IMG/VR virus record: IMGVR_UViG_3300028534_000022
Coordinates: 10,697 to 74,696 of that record
Length of the DNA: 64,000 nt
Reading direction: 5' to 3' (one strand)
Source: a virus
Of this stretch, positions 9,607-19,117 are shown piece after piece. The translations under genes and the position numbers were made by a program. Below the pieces are notes generated by a model, which worked only from the letters and a program-made list of their open reading frames with translations, ran no database searches and was not told the DNA's origin. Within the stretch, counting starts at the first letter, position 1; every line of letters begins with the position of its first letter.

Positions 9607-10248
9607 ATGGTAAGTGTACCAATCAATAGGTATGATAATTTAGGTAAGTATATCGATACTTGGGAATCTGAAACTATGGCAGCTAAAAAGCTTAATATGT
9701 CGTTATCTGTTATTAACAGAGTTGTTAAAGGTAGTCGTAAAAGTTGTAAAGGCTATATCTTTAAAAAAGCTAATGAGTATCCAGCAGGTAAAGATTTAGA
9801 TATCTATATTAAAACTAAAGAAGTATTAGTTGTAGATATTAATACTAACCAAATAGTGAGTAGACACGATGATGCTGCTGCAGCAACTAAAGAATTAGGA
9901 CTTAAATCAGTTCTTGACGTATATAAAAAATGTGATAAGATTATTATATACAATAAAGACTACTATCTTATTCGTAATAGTAACAATTTAAAAGAAGAAA
10001 TGGAATGTAAGTGGCGTAAAATACTGAAACACAGTAAACGGTTACGTATGTATATTAGTCAAAATGACTGTAAGGTAAGAGTAATGACTTATCAGACACG
10101 TGGAGAGGCTTGTAGTAAATTAAATATAACCAGACATGCACTTAACAAGATACTTAAAGATCCTTTAAATAAAGAAAATCAATTTGAGATAGTAGAAGAG
10201 TGTAGGTTAGTAGACTTTGGTTATGTTAAACCGATTAAATGTAATTAA
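9607..10248 (+). CDS. NUMOD1-repeat DNA-binding protein (no nuclease domain visible)
   Basis: PINRYDNLGKYIDTWESETMAAKKLNM..SVINRVVKGSRKSCKGYIFK is a NUMOD1; two further degenerate copies follow. Confidence 0.7.
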   Translation: MVSVPINRYDNLGKYIDTWESETMAAKKLNMSLSVINRVVKGSRKSCKGYIFKKANEYPAGKDLDIYIKTKEVLVVDINTNQIVSRHDDAAAATKELGLKSVLDVYKKCDKIIIYNKDYYLIRNSNNLKEEMECKWRKILKHSKRLRMYISQNDCKVRVMTYQTRGEACSKLNITRHALNKILKDPLNKENQFEIVEECRLVDFGYVKPIKCN

Positions 10249-10265
10249 TAAAATAAAGGAAATAC

Positions 10266-10730
10266 GTGAAAGAAGTTAAAACAATAAAAGATACTTTAGA
10301 AGAGTTAAATATTACTCCTAAATATAAGAAATTAGACCAAGATACCGCAATTAATATCATTACTCTTTTATCTATGGTATCGTCTGGACAAATAACAGAA
10401 AAATCAATTTTAGAAGTATTACATACGGATAGCAAATACTTTCTATTACAAGTATTTTGGAAAAGAATTGAGGCTTTAAATCTTGCCGATAAAGTTAGTT
10501 CAACGGTATTGATAGGTATTGATTTATTAGAAATTTCTACACCTGCTGAATCAGTAATTGCTGTTATCGATATTGTTGCATACGTTGAGAAAAACAATAT
10601 AACACAAGTTACTTTAGAAGAACTATTCATGTGTATCTATCCTGATGGATTCTACGATAAAGAAACAGTTGTTAAAATTATAGACAATGTATTAAAACCT
10701 AAACGTTGTACATTTTCTGAAATATATTAA
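10266..10730 (+). CDS. Hypothetical protein
   Basis: GTG start with RBS AAGGAA. Confidence 0.7.
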   Translation: MKEVKTIKDTLEELNITPKYKKLDQDTAINIITLLSMVSSGQITEKSILEVLHTDSKYFLLQVFWKRIEALNLADKVSSTVLIGIDLLEISTPAESVIAVIDIVAYVEKNNITQVTLEELFMCIYPDGFYDKETVVKIIDNVLKPKRCTFSEIY

Positions 10731-10742
10731 AAAGGAACATAA

Positions 10743-11327
10743 ATGGAAAACAAAGAAGTAGAAGTAATGGAGCCAGTTGACACTAACGCTATCGATGCTG
10801 AGAAGTTAAAAGAACATCAAAAACAGGTAGATAAAGGTATTCGTGTTATTCGTGATGAGATTAAAGAATTGTCTAACGCTAATCGTAAATTACGTACAGC
10901 TATTAACGAAACAGTTAGCTATGATGCAGCAGCTAGATATTCGTCGATTAAAGATACCAATGCTTTAAAGATTAGCTATTGTTTATTTGTTATGGATAAA
11001 CTTAAAAGTTTTAAAAACTTTAAACTTATCATTAATCATTCTGGTTTTGTTAGTGGGACAACAACACTTTTAACAGACACCAATAATCGTGAATTAAATG
11101 CATTCATTAAGAGTCTTAATGAGCGTATTGAAAATGAATTTTATGCTATCCCTAACGATACAAAAAGAAATGCTTTAAAAGAAGTTAAATGTGGGTTATG
11201 TGGTAACAAAACATTAATGCTTTATCGCAGTAAAGATTTGATAATGGAACCGATTGTTCCTGTGGTCTGTAGAACATGTAGTGCAAAGAGTGCTATTGAA
11301 TTTAAACCAAGCGATACTGAAGCATAA
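10743..11327 (+). CDS. Hypothetical protein, coiled-coil N-terminus and C-terminal zinc ribbon
   Basis: RBS AAGGAA; CGLC...CRTC. Confidence 0.7.
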   Translation: MENKEVEVMEPVDTNAIDAEKLKEHQKQVDKGIRVIRDEIKELSNANRKLRTAINETVSYDAAARYSSIKDTNALKISYCLFVMDKLKSFKNFKLIINHSGFVSGTTTLLTDTNNRELNAFIKSLNERIENEFYAIPNDTKRNALKEVKCGLCGNKTLMLYRSKDLIMEPIVPVVCRTCSAKSAIEFKPSDTEA

Positions 11328-11365
11328 CGCTTCGGTATTGTTAAACAAAATGATTGGAGTAAACA

Positions 11366-11719
11366 ATGGGTAAATGTAAAAAACATTATGATTTAAAAGG
11401 TAAACGTTTCGGTTATTTAATTCCTTTACGTAGAGTTAGTAAAGAAAATGAAATTACTGTATGGAAATGTAGATGTGAGTTTTGCGGTAATACTACTAAT
11501 GTTAGATATACTAACTTATTAAGTGGTAACACTAAACGTTGTCAAAAGTGTAAGGGTAGAAAGTTTGATATCAAACAATCTAAAAAGATTCTTAAAGAAA
11601 AAGAATCAGGTATGACTTTAGTTAAACTAGCTGAAAAATATAATGTCAGTCGTTATGCCATTACTAACGCTATCATGTTTGCTCAAAGTCAACTTAGTAA
11701 GAAGGAAAAAGATGTATAG
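11366..11719 (+). CDS. Small DNA-binding protein: homing-endonuclease-type Cys module plus HTH
   Basis: DLKGKRFGYL...WKCRCEFCGN..V....L..G..KRC..C; C-terminal TLVKLAEKYNVSRYAI HTH. Confidence 0.65.
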   Translation: MGKCKKHYDLKGKRFGYLIPLRRVSKENEITVWKCRCEFCGNTTNVRYTNLLSGNTKRCQKCKGRKFDIKQSKKILKEKESGMTLVKLAEKYNVSRYAITNAIMFAQSQLSKKEKDV

Positions 11720-11846
11720 TTATAAAATTATCTATAAAGAAAAGGTTCTTGATCGTAAATTAGAACTACTGGAAGCCAATAACCGTTTACTCTATTATCT
11801 TAATAATGGATTAAATAATGCGGAATTACGAATAATTCCAGAATAG
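11712..11846 (+). CDS. Small hypothetical protein (44 aa)
   Basis: ATG at 11712 with RBS AAGGAA, overlapping the upstream stop. Confidence 0.5.
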   Translation: MYSYKIIYKEKVLDRKLELLEANNRLLYYLNNGLNNAELRIIPE

Positions 11847-11854
11847 GAGTAAGT

Positions 11855-12172
11855 ATGTCCGAAGTAAAACTTAGCATGACTGAAATGTTTGCAATAGCAG
11901 AAGAAGTTTTAAAACAAACACAAGAGGAAACAAAAATTCCTATTAAAATAGAACCTGAACATATTGATAAAAATGGTGTTATGGATATTATTTATGTTAA
12001 AGATGATTTAGATAATATTATATTGGAAGTATTTAAGATAGTTAAGAATCCCTTTGCTTCTAACCATATATGCCGATATGAAAGTAGTGATGTTGAATAT
12101 ATCAAAAATAAGATATTGAAAACATTAGAAAGCCAGTCTTATTTAGACTTAAGAAAAAATATAGAAAAATAA
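11855..12172 (+). CDS. Hypothetical protein
   Basis: RBS AGGAG, operon context. Confidence 0.7.
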   Translation: MSEVKLSMTEMFAIAEEVLKQTQEETKIPIKIEPEHIDKNGVMDIIYVKDDLDNIILEVFKIVKNPFASNHICRYESSDVEYIKNKILKTLESQSYLDLRKNIEK

Positions 12173-12183
12173 AAGGATAACAA

Positions 12184-12633
12184 ATGAAAATTAGATATGG
12201 CGAATATGTAGGTTTATGTGGTATGCAATGTGAGGTTGTTAAAAGTAATTTAGACGAAGCTCTAATTAAGCTTAAAGAAAACATGGATAGTTTAGTTATT
12301 AACCATGCAGATATCCATAATGGACTTAATGATATTGACGTAATAAAATATTTCGATATTAAAGATATTATAGACGAATATATTATTAATGGACATAGTG
12401 TGACATATGATATGGTTACAGATACCATACTATCTTTCCTAAGTTACATTGAAGAAGGCGCACTTATTAAATATACGTATGATGTGATTCCTAATAGTTT
12501 CTTATTAGAAGTAGATGATATTTATCTAGATAGAGTAAATCATATCCGTAAAAATCTTACACGCATGAAAGATACAACAACTGAACTTATTAAATTAAAA
12601 GTTAAAACGATTAATGGAGAAAGCAATGAATAA
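12184..12633 (+). CDS. Hypothetical protein
   Basis: RBS AAGGA, operon context. Confidence 0.7.
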   Translation: MKIRYGEYVGLCGMQCEVVKSNLDEALIKLKENMDSLVINHADIHNGLNDIDVIKYFDIKDIIDEYIINGHSVTYDMVTDTILSFLSYIEEGALIKYTYDVIPNSFLLEVDDIYLDRVNHIRKNLTRMKDTTTELIKLKVKTINGESNE

Positions 12634-13030
12634 GATAGAAGAAAAACTAGAAGCTATCGATAACAGATTAACAGAGTTAAATAGCATTATTGATAATATT
12701 AAAAATGAACTAGATCTTTATGAAGAAGATAGAGATTTAGAACTAGAGAATGCATTATCGTGCTATGAAAAAGAAAGAGATGAACTTGGTCTAATGTATG
12801 ATGTAATCAGCGACTTAGAAGCAAATGATTCTTTTACCGACAATGAAACACTTAATGAATTACTAATTCAACTACGTATAAAAGAAAATGAACTAGTAAG
12901 TATGGAAAATCAAGAAGAAGTAAATATAACAGAAGTAACATTATTATCTTCTATTATTGCTTCTATACGTGCAGAAATAACAAAAATGATAAATCAAGAA
13001 AAAGAGAATATCACTACCAAGGATAAGTAA
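12626..13030 (+). CDS. Acidic coiled-coil hypothetical protein
   Basis: RBS GGAG before MNKIEE; heptad-like Leu/Glu pattern. Confidence 0.65.
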   Translation: MNKIEEKLEAIDNRLTELNSIIDNIKNELDLYEEDRDLELENALSCYEKERDELGLMYDVISDLEANDSFTDNETLNELLIQLRIKENELVSMENQEEVNITEVTLLSSIIASIRAEITKMINQEKENITTKDK

Positions 13031-14106
13031 TGAGCATAGTAATACATCCGATATTACCTGCCCAGATATATAAGTTAGTTAAAGATCCAAAAACAAAAAA
13101 CTATTACTTAGAGCCAGATGCTGAACGATTCGTATTGCCTCCTAAAATCTACGGTAATACACTATCTTATGCTGAAAAATTCTGGAACTCTTTTACTAGA
13201 AGTACTTCTAGTATGGGAGTTATGTTCGTAGGTGATAGTGGTGCAGGTAAAACAGTATTATCAGAAACATTATCTAATATAGCTTTAGATCATGGTTATA
13301 TGGTAGTTATGATAACCAATATACATGTCGACATCAATACTATTAACTTTCTTAATGGTTTAAATAGATGTGTGTTGTTCTTCGACGAGTTTGGTAAGAA
13401 CGTTCCTTATCACATACAAGAGAAGATGTTGACTATGATGTCTTCTTCTAGTAACGGTAAGAAACTTTTTATCATAACAGAAAATGAAAAAAGAGATATA
13501 TCTAAATTTATACTCAATAGACCAGGCAGAGTAAGATATAGTATTTACTTTACTAAGTTAGAGAAATCTATTATTAGAGAGTATGCTAACGATGTTGGGT
13601 TAGAAGAAGAATGGATTAACATGATAGAATCTCTTTATGATAAGAGTGTAGTTTTTAGTTTTGACCATTTACAAGCAATTATTAGCGAACACCAAATGTA
13701 TCCTGAGATGACTCTAGATGAAATATTAGATATTATGAACTTAGAGTTATTCACCGGTGGTAAAATGGTTATGGTTAAATCTGTAGTAAATAAAGAAACA
13801 AGTAAAGAAGTAGAGTTTGAAAAGATACATATGAACTTTGAAGTATTCCGTAATGGAATAACTAGAAGTGGTATTAATGTTTATATTAAAGAAGACGGAA
13901 AACGGATACCTCTTAACCTGGAACAAAGTCTTTTAGAAAGTACAGATAATAACCTCATGGTTTTTACAGTACAAAACAGATATACGGTAACCATACAAAT
14001 AGTAAATAGCTTAGACGAGGAGTATGTAGCTTCAAAACAAAATACTACTAATACCAATAGTGGTGATGATATATTTAATCAACCACCACCAAGACCAATA
14101 TTTTAA
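13030..14106 (+). CDS. AAA+ ATPase
   Basis: Walker A GDSGAGKT, Walker B VLFFDE, arginine-finger region NRPGRVRY. Confidence 0.88.
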   Translation: MSIVIHPILPAQIYKLVKDPKTKNYYLEPDAERFVLPPKIYGNTLSYAEKFWNSFTRSTSSMGVMFVGDSGAGKTVLSETLSNIALDHGYMVVMITNIHVDINTINFLNGLNRCVLFFDEFGKNVPYHIQEKMLTMMSSSSNGKKLFIITENEKRDISKFILNRPGRVRYSIYFTKLEKSIIREYANDVGLEEEWINMIESLYDKSVVFSFDHLQAIISEHQMYPEMTLDEILDIMNLELFTGGKMVMVKSVVNKETSKEVEFEKIHMNFEVFRNGITRSGINVYIKEDGKRIPLNLEQSLLESTDNNLMVFTVQNRYTVTIQIVNSLDEEYVASKQNTTNTNSGDDIFNQPPPRPIF

Positions 14107-14122
14107 CAGGAGTAAACAAAAA

Positions 14123-14632
14123 ATGTTTAAAAAGCAAGGACAAGAAGTTTTAAAAGTTATGAAAGTAGCTGCAGATATGAAAGGTGAAGATATGGTAGTT
14201 CTTCACGATTTAACAGGTAAGGTTTATTTCTTAGATAAAAATGAACCTATGAAACATCCTGAAGTAGGCACCATACTCTATGCATGGGTAGTTAGCGATA
14301 AAGAAAAAGCAGGTTATGTACGCATAACTATTGATGGTATGTTGATTAACGATTACATCAAAAACATACCTAACTTAAGAGATAAAGATTACTATACTAT
14401 AGCGGATGAAAATAAGAGACCTGATTCACTCTATTTCGCTGCGCAAATGTTTAATAGTGATTCTAATTTTAAATCTAAATTAAGAGGTAAGTCTTTTAAC
14501 TTAGGTAAACATCAAGCTTATGTTAATGAGCATTATGAGAAGTTTAGAACCAACAATCTTACTGAAAGAGATATTAAGAGAAAAGCTATAGTAGATAGTT
14601 ATCTATTATCAGAAATATCATTAATGCAGTAA
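14123..14632 (+). CDS. Hypothetical protein
   Basis: Start MFKKQ with RBS AGGAG. Confidence 0.65.
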   Translation: MFKKQGQEVLKVMKVAADMKGEDMVVLHDLTGKVYFLDKNEPMKHPEVGTILYAWVVSDKEKAGYVRITIDGMLINDYIKNIPNLRDKDYYTIADENKRPDSLYFAAQMFNSDSNFKSKLRGKSFNLGKHQAYVNEHYEKFRTNNLTERDIKRKAIVDSYLLSEISLMQ

Positions 14633-14633
14633 C

Positions 14634-14665
14634 TATACAGTATAGCTTATAAGCTATACTGTATA
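14634..14665. terminator. Perfect 32-bp palindrome at a convergent junction
   Basis: TATACAGTATAGCTTA|TAAGCTATACTGTATA, followed by a T-run. Confidence 0.75.
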
Positions 14666-14673
14666 TCTCTTTT

Positions 14674-15222
14674 TTATTTTATTTTAGTTTCCATAACTAT
14701 AGCTACTTTGTTATATAGTTGTTCTAATGTACCATTGTTTTTAATAACAACATCTACATTTAGATCTTTTACTTCAGTTTCACTATTATGGTTATTTGTT
14801 TTTATCTTTTCGATATTATCTCTTTCTACTCTAATACTTAACATATCTAGATTCATATCTTTCATACTATCTAGTTCTATATGTTTTCTTAGGTCAGAAA
14901 CAACAACATAACTATATCCTTTTTTAAGCATTTTACGAATAGCGCATTGTACATATTTAGCAAATACTTTTTCATCAACAGCCCTCATAGTATCTGCTAG
15001 CTCTTGTAAGAAGACCCTCACGTTAATTTTACCATAAAGTAAGGTATTGGTATCCTTATAGTGATTTAACTCGTCTAAGGATACTTTAAGTAACTTACAG
15101 GCTTCTTTTTTTAACAAATAAGCAAACTGTAACTTAATACCATTAGGATAGTTTTCTATAATGTAATCACTAACGGTATCTTTACCATGTTTAGCTTCAC
15201 CAGCAACACATATTAACTGCAT
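14674..15222 (-). CDS. Deoxynucleoside monophosphate kinase (T4 gp1-like)
   Basis: N-terminal GEAKHGKDT P-loop, FAYLLK, R.FLQ, VVSDLR, HNSE. Confidence 0.85.
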   Translation of the reverse strand: MQLICVAGEAKHGKDTVSDYIIENYPNGIKLQFAYLLKKEACKLLKVSLDELNHYKDTNTLLYGKINVRVFLQELADTMRAVDEKVFAKYVQCAIRKMLKKGYSYVVVSDLRKHIELDSMKDMNLDMLSIRVERDNIEKIKTNNHNSETEVKDLNVDVVIKNNGTLEQLYNKVAIVMETKIK

Positions 15223-15794
15223 GATGCTTTCTCTTCTTTTTCGATTAGTAAAACTACTTGGTTATACAAATCTTCTAAATCTCTAAAAACATCTATATGT
15301 TCATCAGGAATAGCATCAATCATTAATTTACTTAAAATTCTAATCTCTTTTAAAGCACTACCAGCTAGTCTTAATTTTAAAAAATGTTTTAAATCATCTA
15401 GATACAATGTTAGATATAAATTACAGTAATACCCTTCTGGCAATGCTGGTTTAATAACGTCATTGCTTTTACCCATAACAACTAATTTACGTAACTCTTC
15501 TAATGATTTTACTGTAGCAATATTTACATCAGTATCGTTACCTAATTCTACATATTTGCTAGCTCTTTCAAAATCACAAATTACTTCATCTAGTTCTTGG
15601 TAAAATGGCTCTTCATTCTTTAAATCTTTTTTAAGTGTATATCTACTACTCTTAACAGTAAGACTCATAGTTCTGTGTCTAGCTATTTCTTGTAATACAT
15701 ATCTAGGAATATCTTCTAACTTAAATGTATAACTAATATGTTCTGGTAATAAATATGGGTCTAACTTAATGTAGTCTGTACATGTTGCTCTCAT
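15213..15794 (-). CDS. thyX: Flavin-dependent thymidylate synthase, catalytic part lacking the N-terminal segment
   Basis: EIARHRTMSLTVKSSRYT (RHRx7S motif); LPEGY...LRLAGSALKEIR; resembles Campylobacter/Helicobacter ThyX. Confidence 0.9.
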   Translation of the reverse strand: MRATCTDYIKLDPYLLPEHISYTFKLEDIPRYVLQEIARHRTMSLTVKSSRYTLKKDLKNEEPFYQELDEVICDFERASKYVELGNDTDVNIATVKSLEELRKLVVMGKSNDVIKPALPEGYYCNLYLTLYLDDLKHFLKLRLAGSALKEIRILSKLMIDAIPDEHIDVFRDLEDLYNQVVLLIEKEEKASCS

Positions 15795-16268
15795 TTATGC
15801 TTCCTTTACTATTAAATAATGATATGGTTCAGGTATAACTTGTTTAAGTATATCTAAATTAATACGTTCATCTGTTACTATAGATTCGATAACGGCTCTA
15901 ATGTTACTACTCACAAAGTAAACTTCCTTATTGTTATCTTTTTCAGTTGTTACTCTGCTATAGCAGTTCTCTTTAAATGGTTCAACCAGTATCTTATCAT
16001 TAGTAACAAATACAAATCTTAAGTGTTCTAATGTACTACCATGTTTCATCTTATTACCTATTTTATCTATAAGCACTTTATCTTTAGGACCTAGCGGCGT
16101 ACTTACCCATTCATCATTTTCATTTATGTAACCAATATCATCTCCTAATTCAATAGTGTCTGCTTGGTCACATGTATCGTGACACATACGTATAGCTAAT
16201 GCTGTCTCTTTAGGTTCAGTATATGCTAATACTGTATACAATGGTTTATTAATTTTTATGTTATACAT
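15795..16268 (-). CDS. ThyX N-terminal-like protein (no RHR motif)
   Basis: AIRMCHDT...GPKDKVLIDKIGNKMKHGSTLEH resembles the Campylobacterota ThyX N-terminus (AxRTCW...GxKDKELIxRVGNxxxHxSTLEH); its stop TAA abuts the thyX ATG in frame. Confidence 0.75.
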   Translation of the reverse strand: MYNIKINKPLYTVLAYTEPKETALAIRMCHDTCDQADTIELGDDIGYINENDEWVSTPLGPKDKVLIDKIGNKMKHGSTLEHLRFVFVTNDKILVEPFKENCYSRVTTEKDNNKEVYFVSSNIRAVIESIVTDERINLDILKQVIPEPYHYLIVKEA

Positions 16269-16269
16269 T

Positions 16270-16780
16270 ATTCTTCCTCTCTATCTAGTAGCTTGTATTC
16301 AATTATGAATTGAATATAAAAAAGATATATCTAGCCACTACAGTATTTGTTATTATTTTATTAAAATAATATATTTTGCTATCTATGCTAATATAGGTAT
16401 GTATTCTATTTATTAAATATTAAATATGTATAGCTACTATAGTTACTGTATATGTATTATTAATTAATTAAAGATAGCATGCTATGTATAGCTATCTATT
16501 CTTTCTATATAAATAATAATTATAACTATGTATATATTATATGAGAGATAATAATCTCTCCAAGTACTCAGTTGCGTATAGGACTACTACCTGATGACCA
16601 GAGCAGGATCTCTGGGGGATAGGATAGGACAGAGCAGATAGAGATACTAGGCACCAGATGGCGCACCCCCTATACACAACGAGCTACTTGCCTTTCTTTT
16701 TGGAAGGTAGGGGGAGGGCCGCAGGCCCGTGGGGGAAGGAAACCTTTTTCTTTGTTCCGATATTCTCGAGAGTTTGAGCA
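16270..16780. other. ~510-bp non-coding region: very AT-rich stretch followed by a GC-rich structured element (candidate origin or ncRNA)
   Basis: No credible ORF; divergent gene junction; several hairpins between 16543 and 16750. Confidence 0.45.
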
Positions 16781-16823
16781 TTTACAATATGTTAGTAGCT
16801 ATAGTGGCTACTAACATATATAG

Positions 16824-16883
16824 GTGTTCCATTTTTTTATAAACATATATCATAAAGATAGAACATATAAGGAGTAAGCAATG
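16824..16883 (+). promoter_or_regulatory. Promoter+RBS module, copy 1
   Basis: 54 bp identical to 50859-50912 (59/60 to the ATG); contains ACATATATCATAAAGATAGA and AAGGAG; preceded by a hairpin. Confidence 0.7.
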
Positions 16884-17399
16884 AGTAATGTAAAAGGACC
16901 ACTGATAGATGGGTTCGCTATCCACTGCGGTGAATGCGATAGAGTTATAACTCTTAAAGATGACATATACACTATAGGTTGTTGGCAAGGCACGTATGAT
17001 GAAACAGCAGAAGCTATAGATGCCGAATACAAAGGAGCAGCTAGAGATGAATATATAGCCAAACTAAATGAAGCTATAGATATGTTATGGTTAACTGATG
17101 AGCTACACGAACAGTTAAAAGATGATAAAGATTTAAGCATAAGAAAAGCTCTAGCGGCATATACCGATAAGCACCATCATCAGTATAAAGATGATCCTTG
17201 TTATGAAGTCAGAGAAATAGTAGCTAAATATAGTGATAAATATCACTATAAGCTTAAAGATGATCCTAGTTGGTCTGTTAGATTAGCTGTAGCTAAATAC
17301 AGTGATCGCTATCACGAGCAGTTGAAAGATGATCCTGATCGGGTAGTCAGAAAAGCTGTAGCTAAATATAATAATAAAAAAAAAAATAAGAATACATAA
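16881..17399 (+). CDS. HEAT-like repeat protein
   Basis: Four ~24-aa repeats LKDDxxxxVRxAVAKY. Confidence 0.7.
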   Translation: MSNVKGPLIDGFAIHCGECDRVITLKDDIYTIGCWQGTYDETAEAIDAEYKGAARDEYIAKLNEAIDMLWLTDELHEQLKDDKDLSIRKALAAYTDKHHHQYKDDPCYEVREIVAKYSDKYHYKLKDDPSWSVRLAVAKYSDRYHEQLKDDPDRVVRKAVAKYNNKKKNKNT

Positions 17400-17647
17400 T
17401 GGACGTAAATAAGTTTTTAAAGTTAATGGAATCTAATGATGTAAATCATATAGAAACCGTTACAGTTAACACTAAGGAGCTCTACAACCTCTTAAAAGCA
17501 AAAAGAGATGCTGAGGCTAAGGTAGAACAATTAAAGTACGAGAATGAGCTCTTAATGCTACGTAACGTAGACTTAAAACAAGAGTTAACAAATCTGCGTA
17601 TTCAAAAGAGTATAGTACACGTAAGTGGAATAGATATCAAAGTATAA
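17399..17647 (+). CDS. Hypothetical coiled-coil protein
   Basis: Coupled start (TAATG). Confidence 0.65.
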   Translation: MDVNKFLKLMESNDVNHIETVTVNTKELYNLLKAKRDAEAKVEQLKYENELLMLRNVDLKQELTNLRIQKSIVHVSGIDIKV

Positions 17648-17656
17648 AGGAAAATA

Positions 17657-19039
17657 ATGAATACAAAATTAATCACACTAAATGAGTTAAACGAAACAAT
17701 GCATACAATGGATGTAGTATTTACAGATATCGCTAAAATAAAATATGATGAAGCGCATAAAGATAACGTGTCTATTAATGAATATTATACATTAGTGCAT
17801 GATCTAACTGATGGTAAATATATTGTTTTAGATATTATTAAAAACACTATTAAAGAAGAGGCTATTCAGGAAAATGTTGCAGAGCCAGTAACAGAACAAG
17901 TTGCAGAGGATGAACCAACATTAAACATCAACATACATGTTGGTGATATGCTATATGCGGTAGAAAAGAACTATATTAAACAGCTTGTTAATACGGAATC
18001 ATTACAAGAGTATACACTTATTTTAGATAAAGTATTCGTTACTGTAAGTGATATTTTAGATATTAAATACCCCAAAAAGACAATGCCAGTAACACTAAAA
18101 GGCATTAATGGTGAAGAATTTATTAGCTTAGTTAATAGATTAAATACATACATTAAGGAATCGGTATCTTTAATGTGTGAATTAAACGATAACAAATGTG
18201 TTAACAAGATCATACATGATAAGTTGGTAAGCATGAGTAAATCAAGTACTTTAAATGTTAAAATATTTGGTACATTTATGTTAAATGTACTAGATGAGTT
18301 ATCGATTATTAGTGATAGCAAAGATAGTACCGAAAAACAAGAAAAGGAAGAAACAATGGATAACAATAATCCGTGGAAAGTATATTTTGAAAATATGCAG
18401 AAAGCACAGCAAGAAACTAAAATAGATATCGATGAATGGAACGGTAAAGTAATGAATGATGTTACCGGTAAAAAAGATTCATTAGAAGAAAATACAATTA
18501 CAGCTTTGAATGATTTAATGGAAGCTATATTTAGTAATGATTTCGAAGAGGATGATACAGAAAGTGATTTTACTATAGGAGATTACGATTCTTTAGATAT
18601 TAAAGAAAAGAGTGATTTATTCGTATCCGCCTTAATAAATGAACATGTTGCTCCGAATACACCAGAAGAGATCGAGGAACTTATCTTTGAAATTAGTAAA
18701 AAGATAGACGAGCTTAATGTGTTAACATCTAAACCAGAACCTAAACAAGTTGTTTATATTGTTCCAACATTGAAACAAGCTAGATTATATTCGTACATAG
18801 AAGAACAACTTAAACGTTTAGCTACTGTTGATAATAGTGATGGTATACTAAATAACACGATTTTGTGTTTAGTTAAACAAGTAATTGCTGAGCATGAAGG
18901 TTACTTATACCGCACTGTTGCACAAACATCTAACAGCCATATTCCTGTTAGATTGCTTACATTTATGAACGATAAAATAAATACATGGACTACATCCAGT
19001 AATGAAGGATGTATTTTATCAGTTGAAGATATTGATTAA
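17657..19039 (+). CDS. Hypothetical protein
   Basis: 460-aa ORF, RBS AAGGA. Confidence 0.75.
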   Translation: MNTKLITLNELNETMHTMDVVFTDIAKIKYDEAHKDNVSINEYYTLVHDLTDGKYIVLDIIKNTIKEEAIQENVAEPVTEQVAEDEPTLNINIHVGDMLYAVEKNYIKQLVNTESLQEYTLILDKVFVTVSDILDIKYPKKTMPVTLKGINGEEFISLVNRLNTYIKESVSLMCELNDNKCVNKIIHDKLVSMSKSSTLNVKIFGTFMLNVLDELSIISDSKDSTEKQEKEETMDNNNPWKVYFENMQKAQQETKIDIDEWNGKVMNDVTGKKDSLEENTITALNDLMEAIFSNDFEEDDTESDFTIGDYDSLDIKEKSDLFVSALINEHVAPNTPEEIEELIFEISKKIDELNVLTSKPEPKQVVYIVPTLKQARLYSYIEEQLKRLATVDNSDGILNNTILCLVKQVIAEHEGYLYRTVAQTSNSHIPVRLLTFMNDKINTWTTSSNEGCILSVEDID

Positions 19040-19070
19040 CTCTAGTAGAGACTATAGTCTCTACTAGAGT
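19039..19070. terminator. Perfect 32-bp palindrome followed by a T-run
   Basis: ACTCTAGTAGAGACTA|TAGTCTCTACTAGAGT. Confidence 0.75.
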
Positions 19071-19097
19071 AATATTTTTTTTTTCAATAATTTTTAG

Positions 19098-19117
19098 ACA
19101 TATATTATTTAAATAGA
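19098..19117 (+). promoter_or_regulatory. Putative early promoter
   Basis: ACATATATTATTTAAATAGA. Confidence 0.6.

Noticed and set aside
16591-16620. Hammerhead ribozyme (CTGATGA followed by a stem)
   Set aside because: The stem is followed by GGGA rather than the required GAAA, and stems I and III could not be identified.
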